Source: Auanema rhodensis
Taxonomy: Eukaryota; Animalia; Nematoda
Length of the DNA stretch: 64,000 nt
Assembly: GCA_964057225.1 (NCBI GenBank)
Contig: OZ059894.1
Coordinates: 682,001 to 746,000, forward strand
Reading direction: 5' to 3'
The notes beneath the pieces are model-generated. The model saw nothing but the letters and a program-made list of their open reading frames with translations. It was not told the origin of the DNA and searched no databases. The position numbers and the translations under genes were made by a program. Each line of letters starts with the position of its first letter. Positions within the stretch are counted from its first letter, which is position 1. Shown one piece after another: positions 25,001-40,600 of the stretch.

Positions 25001-27985
25001 CACATCACGTGTACATTTAATTAGCATAAATTAAAGTTCACGTAAATTTCAAAGTCATGGTTACCATGCACCAATATCAATAAAAATTTGTTTTTAGACT
25101 AATATGGACGTGGGGAATCTAATTTTGAAAACCGCATCTCTTTATCTTTCACGTGAAGCGAGTTACATACCAAGTGCACATCACGTGTACATTTAATTAG
25201 CATAAATTAAAGTTCACGTAAATTTCAAAGTCATGGTTACCATGAACCAATATCAATAAAAATTTGTTTTTAGACTAATATGGACATGGGGAATCTAATT
25301 TTGAAAACCGCATCTCTTTATCTTTCACGTGAAGCGAGTTACATACCAAGTGCACATCACGTGTACATTTAATTAGCATAAATTAAAGTTCACGTAAATT
25401 TCAAAGTCATGGTTACCATGCACCAATATCGATAAAAATTTGTTTTTAGACTAATATGGACATGGGGAATCTAATTTTGAAAACCGCATCTCTTTATCTT
25501 TCACGTGAAGCGAGTTACATACCAAGTGCACATCACGTGTACATTTAATTAGCATAAATTAAAGTTCACGTAAATTTCAAAGTCATGGTTACCATGCACC
25601 AATATCAATAAAAATTTGTTTTTAGACTAATATGGACGTGGGGAATCTAATTTTGAAAACCGCATCTCTTTATCTTTCACGTGAAGCGAGTTACATACCA
25701 AGTGCACATCACGTGTACATTTAATTAGCATAAATTAAAGTTCACGTAAATTTCAAAGTCATGGTTACCATGAACCAATATCAATAAAAATTTGTTTTTA
25801 GACTAATATGGACATGGGGAATCTAATTTTGAAAACCGCATCTCTTTATCTTTCACGTGAAGCGAGTTACATACCAAGTGCACATCACGTGTACATTTAA
25901 TTAGCATAAATTAAAGTTCACGTAAATTTCAAAGTCATGGTTACCATGAACCAATATCAATAAAAATTTGTTTTTAGACTAATATGGACATGGGGAATCT
26001 ATTTTTGAAAACCGCATCTCTTTATCTTTCACGTGAAGCGAGTTACATACCAAGTGCACATCACGTGTACATTTAATTAGCATAAATTAAAGTTCACGTA
26101 AATTTCAAAGTCATGGTTACCATGCACCAATATCGATAAAAATTTGTTTTTAGACTAATATGGACATGGGGAATCTAATTTTGAAAACCGCATCTCTTTA
26201 TCTTTCACGTGAAGCGAGTTACATACCAAGTGCACATCACGTGTACATTTAATTAGCATAAATTAAAGTTCACGTAAATTTCAAAGTCATGGTTACCATG
26301 AACCAATATCAATTAAATTTGTTTTTAGACTAATATGGACATGGGGAATCTAATTTTGAAAACCGCATCTCTTTATCTTTCACGTGAAGCGAGTTACATA
26401 CCAAGTGCACATCACGTGTACATTTAATTAGCATAAATTAAAGTTCACGTAAATTTCAAAGTCATGGTTACCATGCACCAATATCAATAAAAATTTGTTT
26501 TTAGACTAATATGGACATGGGGAATCTAATTTTGAAAACCGCATCTCTTTATCTTTCACGTGAAGCGAGTTACATACCAAGTGCACATCACGTGTACATT
26601 TAATTAGCATAATTTAAAGTTCACGTAAATTTCAAAGTCATGGTTACCATGAACCAATATCAATAAAAATTTGTTTTTAGACTAATATGGACATGGGGAA
26701 TCTAATTTTGAAAACCGCATCTCTTTATCTTTCACGTGAAGCGAGTTACATACCAAGTGCACATCACGTGTACATTTAATTAGCATAAATTAAAGTTCAC
26801 GTAAATTTCAAAGTCATGGTTACCATGAACCAATATCAATAAAAATTTGTTTTTAGACTAATATGGACATGGGGAATCTATTTTTGAAAACCGCATCTCT
26901 TTATCTTTCACGTGAAGCGAGTTACATACCAAGTGCACATCACGTGTACATTTAATTAGCATAAATTAAAGTTCACGTAAATTTCAAAGTCATGGTTACC
27001 ATGCACCAATATCGATAAAAATTTGTTTTTAGACTAATATGGACATGGGGAATCTAATTTTGAAAACCGCATCTCTTTATCTTTCACGTGAAGCGAGTTA
27101 CATACCAAGTGCACATCACGTGTACATTTAATTAGCATAAATTAAAGTTCACGTAAATTTCAAAGTCATGGTTACCATGAACCAATATCAATAAAAATTT
27201 GTTTTTAGACTAATATGGACATGGGGAATCTAATTTTGAAAACCGCATCTCTTTATCTTTCACGTGAAGCGAGTTACATACCAAGTGCACATCACGTGTA
27301 CATTTAATTAGCATAAATTAAAGTTCACGTAAATTTCAAAGTCATGGTTACCATGCACCAATATCAATAAAAATTTGTTTTTAGACTAATATGGACATGG
27401 GGAATCTAATTTTGAAAACCGCATCTCTTTATCTTTCACGTGAAGCGAGTTACATACCAAGTGCACATCACGTGTACATTTAATTAGCATAATTTAAAGT
27501 TCACGTAAATTTCAAAGTCATGGTTACCATGCACCAATATCAATAAAAATTTGTTTTTAGACTAATATGGACATGGGGAATCTAATTTTGGAAACCGCTT
27601 CTCTTTATCTTTCACGTGAAGCGAGTTATATACCAAGTGCACATCACGTGTACATTTAATTAGCATAAATTAAAGTTCACGTAAATTTCAAAGTCATGGT
27701 TACCATGAACCAATATCAATAAAAATTTGTTTTTAGACTAATATGGACATGGGGAATCTAATTTTGAAAACCGCATCTCTTTATCTTTCACGTGAAGCGA
27801 GTTACATACCAAGTGCACATCACGTGTACATTTAATTAGCATAAATTAAAGTTCACGTAAATTTCAAAGTCATGGTTACCATGCACCAATATCAATAAAA
27901 ATTTGTTTTTAGACTAATATGGACATGGGGAATCTAATTTTGAAAACCGCATCTCTTTATCTTTCACGTGAAGCGAGTTACATAC
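19011..27985. repeat. Array domain 2: near-consensus monomers with only short (3- to 5-mer) duplications
   Basis: Many monomers equal the consensus. GACGTGG at 25110 and 25638 (528 = 3x176). CTATTTT at 26002 and 26881 (879 = 5x176-1). Confidence 0.75.
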
Positions 27986-30900
27986 CAAGTGCACATCACG
28001 TGTACATTTAATTAGCATAAATTAAAGTTCACGTAAATTTCAAAGTCATGGTTACCATGAACCAATATAAATAAAAATTTGTTTTTAGACTAATATGGAC
28101 ATGGGGAATCTATTTTTGAAAACCGCATCTCTTTATATTCCACGTGAAGCGAGTTACATACCAAGGGCACATCACGTGTACATTTAATTAGCATAAATTA
28201 AAGTTCACGTAAATTTCAAAGTCATGGTTACCATGCACCAATATCAATAAAAATTTGTTTTTAGACTAATATGGACATGGGGAATCTAATTTTGAAAACC
28301 GCATCTCTTTATCTTTTACGTGAAGCGAGTTACATACCAAGTGCACATCACGTGTACATTTAATTAGCATAAATTAAAGTTCACGTAAATTTCAAAGTCA
28401 TGGTTACCATGCACCAATATCAATAAAAATTTGTTTTTAGACTAATATGGACATGGGGAATCTAATTTTAAAACCGCATCTCTTTATCTTTCACGTGAAG
28501 CGAGTTACATACCAAGTGCACATCACGTGTACATTTAATAAGAATAAATTAAAGTTCACGTAAATTTCAAAGTCATGGTTACCATGAACCAATATCAATA
28601 AAAATTTGTTTTTAGACTAATATTGACATGGGGAATCTAATTTTGAAAACCGCATCTCTTTATCTTTCACGTGAAGCGAGTTACATACCAAGTGCACATC
28701 ACGTGTACATTTAATTAGCATAAATTAAAGTTCACGTAAATTTCAAAGTCATGGTTACCATGAACCAATATCAATAAAAATTTGTTTTTAGACTAATATT
28801 GACATGGGGAATCTAATTTTGAAAACCGCATCTCTTTATCTTTCACGTGAAGCGAGTTACATACCAAGTGCACATCACGTGTACATTTAATTAGCATAAA
28901 TTAAAGTTCACGTAAATTTCAAAGTCATGGTTACCATGCACCAATATCAATAAAAATTTGTTTTTAGACTAATATGGACATGGGGAATCTAATTTTGAAA
29001 ACCGCATCTCTTTATCTTTCACTTGAAGCGAGTTACATACCAAGTGCACATCACGTGTACATTTAATTAGCATAAATTAAAGTTCACGTAAATTTCAAAG
29101 TCATGGTTACCATGAACCAATATAAATAAAAATTTGTTTTTAGACTAATATGGACATGGGGAATCTAATTTTGAAAACCGCATCTCTTTATCTTTCACGT
29201 GAAGCGAGTTACATACCAAGGGCACATCACGTGTACATTTAATTAGCATAAATTAAAGTTCACGTAAATTTCAAAGTCATGGTTACCATGCACCAATATC
29301 AATAAAAATTTGTTTTTGACTAATATGGACATGGGGAATCTAATTTTAAAACCGCATCTCTTTATCTTTCACGTGAAGCGAGTTACATACCAAGTGCACA
29401 TCACGTGTACATTTAATTAGCATAAATTAAAGTTCACGTGAATTTCAAAGTCATGGTTACCATGCACCAATATCAATAAAAATTTGTTTTTAGACTAATA
29501 TGGACATGGGGAATCTAATTTTGAAAACCGCATCTCTTTATCTTTCACGTGAAGCGAGTTACATACCAAGTGCACATCACGTGTACATTTAATTAGCATA
29601 AATTAAAGTTCACGTAAATTTCAAAGTCATGGTTACCATGAACCAATATCAATAAAAATTTGTTTTTAGACTAATATTGACATGGGGAATCTAATTTTGA
29701 AAACCGCATCTCTTTATCTTTCACGTGAAGCGAGTTACATACCAAGTGCACATCACGTGTACATTTAATAAGAATAAATTAAAGTTCACGTAAATTTCAA
29801 AGTCATGGTTACCATGAACCAATATCAATAAAAATTTGTTTTTAGACTAATATTGACATGGGGAATCTAATTTTGAAAACCGCATCTCTTTAGCTTTCAC
29901 GTGAAGCGAGTTACATACCAAGTGCACATCACGTGTACATTTAATTAGCATAAATTAAAGTTCACGTAAATTTCAAAGTCATGGTTACCATGAACCAATA
30001 TCAATAAACATTTGTTTTTAGACTAATATTGACATGGGGAATCTAATTTTGAAAACCGCATCTCTTTATCTTTCACGTGAAGCGAGTTACATACCAAGTG
30101 CACATCACGTGTACATTTAATTAGCATAAATTAAAGTTCACGTAAATTTCAAAGTCATGGTTACCATGCACCAATATCAATAAAAATTTGTTTTTAGACT
30201 AATATGGACATGGGGAATCTAATTTTGAAAACCGCATCTCTTTATCTTTCACGTGAAGCGAGTTACATACCAAGTGCACATCACGTGTACATTTAATTAG
30301 CATAAATTAAAGTTCACGTAAATTTCAAAGTCATGGTTACCATGCACCAATATGAATAAAAATTTGTTTTTAGACTAATATGGACATGGGGAATCTAATT
30401 TTGAAAACCGCATCTCTTTATCTTTCACGTGAAGCGAGTTACATACCAAGTGCACATCACGTGTACATTTAATTAGCATAAATTAAAGTTCACGTAAATT
30501 TCAAAGTCATGGTTACCATGAACCAATATCAATAAAAATTTGTTTTTAGACTAATATGGACATGGGGAATCTAATTTTGAAAACCGCATCTCTTTATCTT
30601 TCACGTGAAGCGAGTTACATACCAAGTGCACATCACGTGTACATTTAATTAGCATAAATTAAAGTTCACGTAAATTTCAAAGTCATGGTTACCATGAACC
30701 AATATCAATAAAAATTTGTTTTTAGACTAATATGGACATGGGGAATCTAATTTTGAAAACCGCATTTCTTTATCTTTCACGTGAAGCGAGTTACATACCA
30801 AGTGCACATCACGTGTACATTTAATTAGCATAAATTAAAGTTCACGTAAATTTCAAAGTCATGGTTACCATGAACCAATATAAATAAAAATTTGTTTTTA

Positions 30901-33900
30901 GACTAATATGGACATGGGGAATCTAATTTTGAAAACCGCATCTCTTTATCTTTCACGTGAAGCGAGTTACATACCAAGGGCACATCACGTGTACATTTAA
31001 TTAGCATAAATTAAAGTTCACGTAAATTTCAAAGTCATGGTTACCATGCACCAATATCAATAAAAATTTGTTTTTAGACTAATATGGACATGGGGAATCT
31101 AATTTTGAAAACCGCATCTCTTTATCTTTTACGTGAAGCGAGTTACATACCAAGTGCACATCACGTGTACATTTAATTAGCATAAATTAAAGTTCACGTA
31201 AATTTCAAAGTCATGGTTACCATGAACCAATATCAATAAAAATTTGTTTTTAGACTAATATTGACATGGGGAATCTAATTTTGAAAACCGCATCTCTTTA
31301 TCTTTCACGTGAAGCGAGTTACATACCAAGTGCACATCACGTGTACATTTAATAAGAATAAATTAAAGTTCACGTAAATTTCAAAGTCATGGTTACCATG
31401 AACCAATATCAATAAAAATTTGTTTTTAGACTAATATTGACATGGGGAATCTAATTTTGAAAACCGCATCTCTTTAGCTTTCACGTGAAGCGAGTTACAT
31501 ACCAAGTGCACATCACGTGTACATTTAATTAGCATAAATTAAAGTTCACGTAAATTTCAAAGTCATGGTTACCATGAACCAATATCAATAAACATTTGTT
31601 TTTAGACTAATATGGACATGGGGAATCTAATTTTGAAAACCGCATCTCTTTAGCTTTCACGTGAAGCGAGTTACATACCAAGTGCACATCACGTGTACAT
31701 TTAATTAGCATAAATTAAAGTTCACGTAAATTTCAAAGTCATGGTTACCATGCACCAATATCAATAAAAATTTGTTTTTAGACTAATATGGACATGGGGA
31801 ATCTAATTTTGAAAACCGCATCTCTTTATCTTTCACGTGAAGCGAGTTACATACCAAGTGCACATCACGTGTACATTTAATTAGCATAAATTAAAGTTCA
31901 CGTAAATTTCAAAGTCATGGTTACCATGCACCAATATCAATAAAAATTTGTTTTTAGACTAATATGGACATGGGGAATCTAATTTTGAAAACCGCATCTC
32001 TTTATCTTTCACGTGAAGCGAGTTACATACCAAGTGCACATCACGTGTACATTTAATTAGCATAAATTAAAGTTCACGTAAATTTCAAAGTCATGGTTAC
32101 CATGCACCAATATCAATAAAAATTTGTTTTTAGACTAATATGGACATGGGGAATCTAATTTTGAAAACCGCATCTCTTTATCTTTCACGTGAAGCGAGTT
32201 ACATACCAAGTGCACATCACGTGTACATTTAATTAGCATAAATTAAAGTTCACGTAAATTTCAAAGTCATGGTTACCATGAACCAATATCAATAAAAATT
32301 TGTTTTTAGACTAATATGGACATGGGGAATCTAATTTTGAAAACCGCATCTCTTTATCTTTCACGTGAAGCGAGTTACATACCAAGTGCACATCACGTGT
32401 ACATTTAATTAGCATAAATTAAAGTTCACGTAAATTTCAAAGTCATGGTTACCATGAACCAATATCAATAAAAATTTGTTTTTAGACTAATATGGACATG
32501 GGGAATCTAATTTTGAAAACCGCATTTCTTTATCTTTCACGTGAAGCGAGTTACATACCAAGTGCACATCACGTGTACATTTAATTAGCATAAATTAAAG
32601 TTCACGTAAATTTCAAAGTCATGGTTACCATGAACCAATATAAATAAAAATTTGTTTTTAGACTAATATGGACATGGGGAATCTAATTTTGAAAACCGCA
32701 TCTCTTTATCTTTCACGTGAAGCGAGTTACATACCAAGGGCACATCACGTGTACATTTAATTAGCATAAATTAAAGTTCACGTAAATTTCAAAGTCATGG
32801 TTACCATGCACCAATATCAATAAAAATTTGTTTTTAGACTAATATGGACATGGGGAATCTAATTTTGAAAACCGCATCTCTTTATCTTTTACGTGAAGCG
32901 AGTTACATACCAAGTGCACATCACGTGTACATTTAATTAGCATAAATTAAAGTTCACGTAAATTTCAAAGTCATGGTTACCATGAACCAATATCAATAAA
33001 AATTTGTTTTTAGACTAATATTGACATGGGGAATCTAATTTTGAAAACCGCATCTCTTTATCTTTCACGTGAAGCGAGTTACATACCAAGTGCACATCAC
33101 GTGTACATTTAATAAGAATAAATTAAAGTTCACGTAAATTTCAAAGTCATGGTTACCATGAACCAATATCAATAAAAATTTGTTTTTAGACTAATATTGA
33201 CATGGGGAATCTAATTTTGAAAACCGCATCTCTTTAGCTTTCACGTGAAGCGAGTTACATACCAAGTGCACATCACGTGTACATTTAATTAGCATAAATT
33301 AAAGTTCACGTAAATTTCAAAGTCATGGTTACCATGAACCAATATCAATAAACATTTGTTTTTAGACTAATATTGACATGGGGAATCTAATTTTGAAAAC
33401 CGCATCTCTTTATCTTTCACGTGAAGCGAGTTACATACCAAGTGCACATCACGTGTACATTTAATTAGCATAAATTAAAGTTCACGTAAATTTCAAAGTC
33501 ATGGTTACCATGCACCAATATCAATAAAAATTTGTTTTTAGACTAATATGGACATGGGGAATCTAATTTTGAAAACCGCATCTCTTTATCTTTCACGTGA
33601 AGCGAGTTACATACCAAGTGCACATCACGTGTACATTTAATTAGCATAAATTAAAGTTCACGTAAATTTCAAAGTCATGGTTACCATGCACCAATATCAA
33701 TAAAAATTTGTTTTTAGACTAATATGGACATGGGGAATCTAATTTTGAAAACCGCATCTCTTTATCTTTCACGTGAAGCGAGTTACATACCAAGTGCACA
33801 TCACGTGTACATTTAATTAGCATAAATTAAAGTTCACGTAAATTTCAAAGTCATGGTTACCATGAACCAATATCAATAAAAATTTGTTTTTAGACTAATA

Positions 33901-34669
33901 TGGACATGGGGAATCTAATTTTGAAAACCGCATCTCTTTATCTTTCACGTGAAGCGAGTTACATACCAAGTGCACATCACGTGTACATTTAATTAGCATA
34001 AATTAAAGTTCACGTAAATTTCAAAGTCATGGTTACCATGAACCAATATCAATAAAAATTTGTTTTTAGACTAATATGGACATGGGGAATCTAATTTTGA
34101 AAACCGCATTTCTTTATCTTTCACGTGAAGCGAGTTACATACCAAGTGCACATCACGTGTACATTTAATTAGCATAAATTAAAGTTCACGTAAATTTCAA
34201 AGTCATGGTTACCATGAACCAATATAAATAAAAATTTGTTTTTAGACTAATATGGACATGGGGAATCTAATTTTGAAAACCGCATCTCTTTATCTTTCAC
34301 GTGAAGCGAGTTACATACCAAGGGCACATCACGTGTACATTTAATTAGCATAAATTAAAGTTCACGTAAATTTCAAAGTCATGGTTACCATGCACCAATA
34401 TCAATAAAAATTTGTTTTTAGACTAATATGGACATGGGGAATCTAATTTTGAAAACCGCATCTCTTTATCTTTTACGTGAAGCGAGTTACATACCAAGTG
34501 CACATCACGTGTACATTTAAATAGCATAAATTAAAGTTCACGTAAATTTCAAAGTCATGGTTACCATGCACCAATATCAATAAAAATTTGTTTTTAGACT
34601 AATATGGACATGGGGAATCTAATTTTAAAACCGCATCTCTTTATCTTTCACGTGAAGCGAGTTACATAC
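27986..34669. repeat. Array domain 3: 9-10-mer HOR
   Basis: Private variants CAAGGGCAC (28166, 29221, 30979, 32739, 34323), AATAAGAATA, TATTGAC, TTAGCTTT and AATATAAAT. CAAGGGCAC spacings are 1055, 1758, 1760 and 1584. Confidence 0.85.
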
Positions 34670-37600
34670 CAAGTGCACATCACGTGTACATTTAATTAGC
34701 ATAAATTAAAGTTCACGTAAATTTCAAAGTCATGGTTACCATGAACCAATATCAATAAAAATTTGTTTTTAGACTAATATGGACATGGGGAATCTAATTT
34801 TGAAAACCGCATCTCTTTATCTTTGACGTGAAGCGAGTTACATACCAAGTGCACATCACGTGTACATTTAATTAGCATAAATTAAAGTTCACGTAAATTT
34901 TAAAGTCATGGTTACCATGCACCAATATCAATAAAAATTTGTTTTTAGACTAATATGGACATGGGGAATCTAATTTTGAAAACCGCATCTCTTCATCTTT
35001 CACGTGAAGCGAGTTACATACCAAGTGCACATCACGAGTACATTTAATTAGCATAAATTAAAGTTCACGTAAATTTCAAAGTCATGGTTACCATGCACCA
35101 ATATCAATAAAACTTTGTTTTTAGACTAATATGGACATGGGGAATCTAATTTTGAAAACCGCATCTCTTTATCTTTCACGTGAAGCGAGTTACATACCAA
35201 GTGCACATCACGTGTACATTTAATTAGCATAAATTAAAGTTCACGTAAATTTCAAAGTCATGGTTACCATGAACCAATATCAATAAAAATTTGTTTTTAG
35301 ACTAATATGGACATGGGGAATCTAATTTTGAAAACCGCATCTCTTTATCTTTCACGTGAAGCGAGTTACATACCAAGTGCACATCACGTGTACATTTAAT
35401 TAGCATAAATTAAAGTTCACGTAAATTTCAAAGTCATGGTTACCATGCACCAATATCAATAAAAATTTGTTTTTAGACTAATATGGACATGGGGAATCTA
35501 ATTTTGAAAACCGCATCTCTTTATCTTTCACGTGAAGCTAGTTACATACCAAGTGCACATCACGTGTACATTTAATTAGCATAAATTAAAGTTCACGTAA
35601 ATTTCAAAGTCATGGTTACCATGAACCAATATCAATAAAAATTTGTTTTTAGACTAATATGGACATGGGGAATCTAATTTTGAAAACCGCATCTCTTTAT
35701 CTTTCACGTGAAGCAAGTTACATACAAAGTGCACATCACGTGTACATTTAATTAGCATAAATTAAAGTTCACGTAAATTTCAAAGTCATGGTTACCATGC
35801 ACCAATATCGATAAAAATTTGTTTTTAGACTAATATGGACATGGGGAATCTAATTTTGAAAACCGCATCTCTTTATCTTTCACGTGAAGCGAGTTACATA
35901 CCAAGTGCACATCACGTGTACATTTAATTAGCATAAATTAAAGTTCACGTAAATTTCAAAGTCATGGTTACCATGAACCAATATCAATAAAAATTTGTTT
36001 TTAGACTAATATGGACATGGGGAATCCAATTTTGAAAACCGCATCTCTTTATCTTTCACGTGAAGCGAGTTACATACCAAGTGCACATCACGTGTACATT
36101 TAATTAGCATAAATTAAAGTTCACGTAAATTTCAAAGTCATGGTTACCATGAACCAATATCAATAAAAATTTGTTTTTAGACTAATATGGACATGGGGAA
36201 TCTAATTTTGAAAACCGCATCTCTTTATCTTTCACGTGAAGCGAGTTACATACCAAGTGCACATCACGTGTACATTTAATTAGCATAAATTAAAGTTCAC
36301 GTAAATTTCAAAGTCATGGTTACCATGCACCAATATCAATAAAAATTTGTTTTTAGACTAATATGGACATGGGGAATCTAATTTTGCAAACCGCATCTCT
36401 TTATCTTTCACGTGAAGCGAGTTACATACCAAGTGCACATCACGTGTACATTTAATTAGCATAAATTAAAGTTCACGTAATTTTCAAAGACATGGTTACC
36501 ATGAACCAATATCAATAAAAATTTGTTTTTAGACTAATATGGACATGGGGAATCTAATTTTGAAAACCGCATCTCTTTATCTTTCACGTGAAGCGAGCTA
36601 CATACCAAGTGCACATCACGTGTACATTTAATTAGCATAAATTAAAGTTCACGTAAATTTCAAAGTCATGGTTACCATGAACCAATATCAATAAAAATTT
36701 GTTTTTAGACTAATATGGACATGGGGAATCTAATTTTGAAAACCGCATCTCTTTATCTTTCACGTGAAGCGAGTTACATACCAAGTGCACATCACGTGTA
36801 CATTTAATTAGCATAAATTAAAGTTCACGTAAATTTCAAAGTCATGGTTACCATGAACCAATATCAATAAAAATTTGTTTTTAGACTAATATGGACATGG
36901 GGAATCTAATTTTGAAAACCGCATCTCTTTATCTTTCACGTGAAGCGAGTTACATACCAAGTGCACATCACGTGTACATTTAATTAGCATAAATTAAAGT
37001 TCACGTAAATTTCAAAGTCATGGTTACCATGCACCAATATCAATAAAAATTTGTTTTTAGACTAATATGGACATGGGGAATCTAATTTTGAAAACCGCAT
37101 CTTTTTATCTTTTACGTGAAGCGAGTTACATACCAAGTGCACATCACGTGTACATTTAATTAGCATAAATTAAAGTTCACGTAATTTTCAAAGACATGGT
37201 TACCATGAACCAATATCAATAAAAATTTGTTTTTAGACTAATATGGACATGGGGAATCTAATTTTGAAAACCGCATCTCTTTATCTTTCACGTGAAGCGA
37301 GCTACATACCAAGTGCACATCACGTGTACATTTAATTAGCATAAATTAAAGTTCACGTAAATTTCAAAGTCATGGTTACCATGAACCAATATCAATAAAA
37401 ATTTGTTTTTAGACTAATATGGACATGGGGAATCTAATTTTGAAAACCGCATCTCTTTATCTTTCACGTGAAGCGAGTTACATACCAAGTGCACATCACG
37501 TGTACATTTAATTAGCATAAATTAAAGTTCACGTAAATTTCAAAGTCATGGTTACCATGAACCAATATCAATAAAAATTTGTTTTTAGACTAATATGGAC

Positions 37601-40600
37601 ATGGGGAATCTAATTTTGAAAACCGCATCTCTTTATCTTTCACGTGAAGCGAGTTACATACCAAGTGCACATCACGTGTACATTTAATTAGCATAAATTA
37701 AAGTTCACGTAAATTTCAAAGTCATGGTTACCATGCACCAATATCAATAAAACTTTGTTTTTAGACTAATATGGACATGGGGAATCTAATTTTGAAAACC
37801 GCATCTCTTTATCTTTCACGTGAAGCGAGTTACATACCAAGTGCACATCACGTGTACATTTAATTAGCATAAATTAAAGTTCACGTAAATTTCAAAGTCA
37901 TGGTTACCATGAACCAATATCAATAAAAATTTGTTTTTAGACTAATATGGACATGGGGAATCTAATTTTGAAAACCGCATCTCTTTATCTTTCACGTGAA
38001 GCAAGTTACATACCAAGTGCACATCACGTGTACATTTAATTAGCATAAATTAAAGTTCACGTAAATTTCAAAGTCATGGTTACCATGCACCAATATCAAT
38101 AAAAATTTGTTTTTAGACTAATATGGACATGGGGAATCTAATTTTGAAAACCGCATCTCTTTATCTTTCACGTGAAGCGAGTTACATACCAAGTGCACAT
38201 CACGTGTACATTTAATTAGCATAAATTAAAGTTCACGTAAATTTCAAAGTCATGGTTACCATGAACCAATATCAATAAAAATTTGTTTTTAGACTAATAT
38301 GGACATGGGGAATCTAATTTTGAAAACCGCATCTCTTTATCTTTCACGTGAAGCGAGTTACATACCAAGTGCACATCACGTGTACATTTAATTAGCATAA
38401 ATTAAAGTTCACGTAAATTTCAAAGTCATGGTTACCATGCACCAATATCAATAAAACTTTGTTTTTAGACTAATATGGACATGGGGAATCTAATTTTGAA
38501 AACCGCATCTCTTTATCTTTCACGTGAAGCGAGTTACATACCAAGTGCACATCACGTGTACATTTAATTAGCATAAATTAAAGTTCACGTAAATTTCAAA
38601 GTCATGGTTACCATGCACCAATATCAATAAAAATTTGTTTTTAGACTAATATGGACATGGGGAATCTAATTTTGAAAACCGCATCTCTTTATCTTTCACG
38701 TGAAGCGAGTTACATACCAAGTGCACATCACGTGTACATTTAATTAGCATAAATTAAAGTTCACGTAAATTTCAAAGTCATGGTTACCATGCACCAATAT
38801 CAATAAAAATTTGTTTTTAGACTAATATGGACATGGGGAATCTAATTTTGAAAACCGCATCTCTTTATCTTTCACGTGAAGCTAGTTACATACCAAGTGC
38901 ACATCACGTGTACATTTAATTAGCATAAATTAAAGTTCACGTAAATTTCAAAGTCATGGTTACCATGCACCAATATCAATAAAAATTTGTTTTTAGACTA
39001 ATATGGACATGGGGAATCTAATTTTGAAAACCGCATCTCTTTATCTTTCACGTGAAGCGAGTTACATACCAAGTGCACATCACGTGTACATTTAATTAGC
39101 ATAAATTAAAGTTCACGTAAATTTCAAAGTCATGGTTACCATGCACCAATATCAATAAAAATTTGTTTTTAGACTAATATGGACATGGGGAATCTAATTT
39201 TGAAAACCGCATCTCTTTATCTTTCACGTGAAGCTAGTTACATACCAAGTGCACATCACGTGTACATTTAATTAGCATAAATTAAAGTTCACGTAAATTT
39301 CAAAGTCATGGTTACCATGCACCAATATCAATAAAAATTTGTTTTTAGACTAATATGGACATGGGGAATCTAATTTTGAAAACCGCATCTCTTTATCTTT
39401 CACGTGAAGCGAGTTACATACCAAGTGCACATCACGTGTACATTTAATTAGCATAAATTAAAGTTCACGTAAATTTCAAAGTCATGGTTACCATGAACCA
39501 ATATCAATAAAAATTTGTTTTTAGACTAATATGGACATGGGGAATCTAATTTTGAAAACCGCATCTCTTTATCTTTCACGTGAAGCAAGTTACATACAAA
39601 GTGCACATCACGTGTACATTTAATTAGCATAAATTAAAGTTCACGTAAATTTCAAAGTCATGGTTACCATGCACCAATATCGATAAAAATTTGTTTTTAG
39701 ACTAATATGGACATGGGGAATCTAATTTTGAAAATCGCATCTCTTTATCTTTCACGTGAAGCGAGTTACATACCAAGTGCACATCACGTGTACATTTAAT
39801 TAGCATAAATTAAAGTTCACGTAAATTTCAAAGTCATGGTTACCATGAACCAATATCAATAAAAATTTGTTTTTAGACTAATATGGACATGGGGAATCTA
39901 ATTTTGAAAACCGCATCTCTTTATCTTTCACGTGAAGCGAGTTACATACCAAGTGCACATCACGTGTACATTTAATTAGCATAAATTAAAGTTCACGTAA
40001 ATTTCAAAGTCATGGTTACCATGCACCAATATCAATAAAAATTTGTTTTTAGACTAATATGGACATGGGGAATCTAATTTTGAAAACCGCATCTCTTTAT
40101 CTTTCACGTGAAGCGAGTTACATACCAAGTGCACATCACGTGTACATTTAATTAGCATAAATTAAAGTTCACGTAATTTTCAAAGACATGGTTACCATGA
40201 ACCAATATCAATAAAAATTTGTTTTTAGACTAATATGGACATGGGGAATCTAATTTTGAAAACCGCATCTCTTTATCTTTCACGTGAAGCGAGCTACATA
40301 CCAAGTGCACATCACGTGTACATTTAATTAGCATAAATTAAAGTTCACGTAAATTTCAAAGTCATGGTTACCATGCACCAATATCAATAAAAATTTGTTT
40401 TTAGACTAATATGGACATGGGGAATCTAATTTTGAAAACCGCATCTCTTTATCTTTCACGTGAAGCGAGTTACATACCAAGTGCACATCACGTGTACATT
40501 TAATTAGCATAAATTAAAGTTCACGTAAATTTCAAAGTCATGGTTACCATGAACCAATATCAATAAAAATTTGTTTTTAGACTAATATGGACATGGGGAA

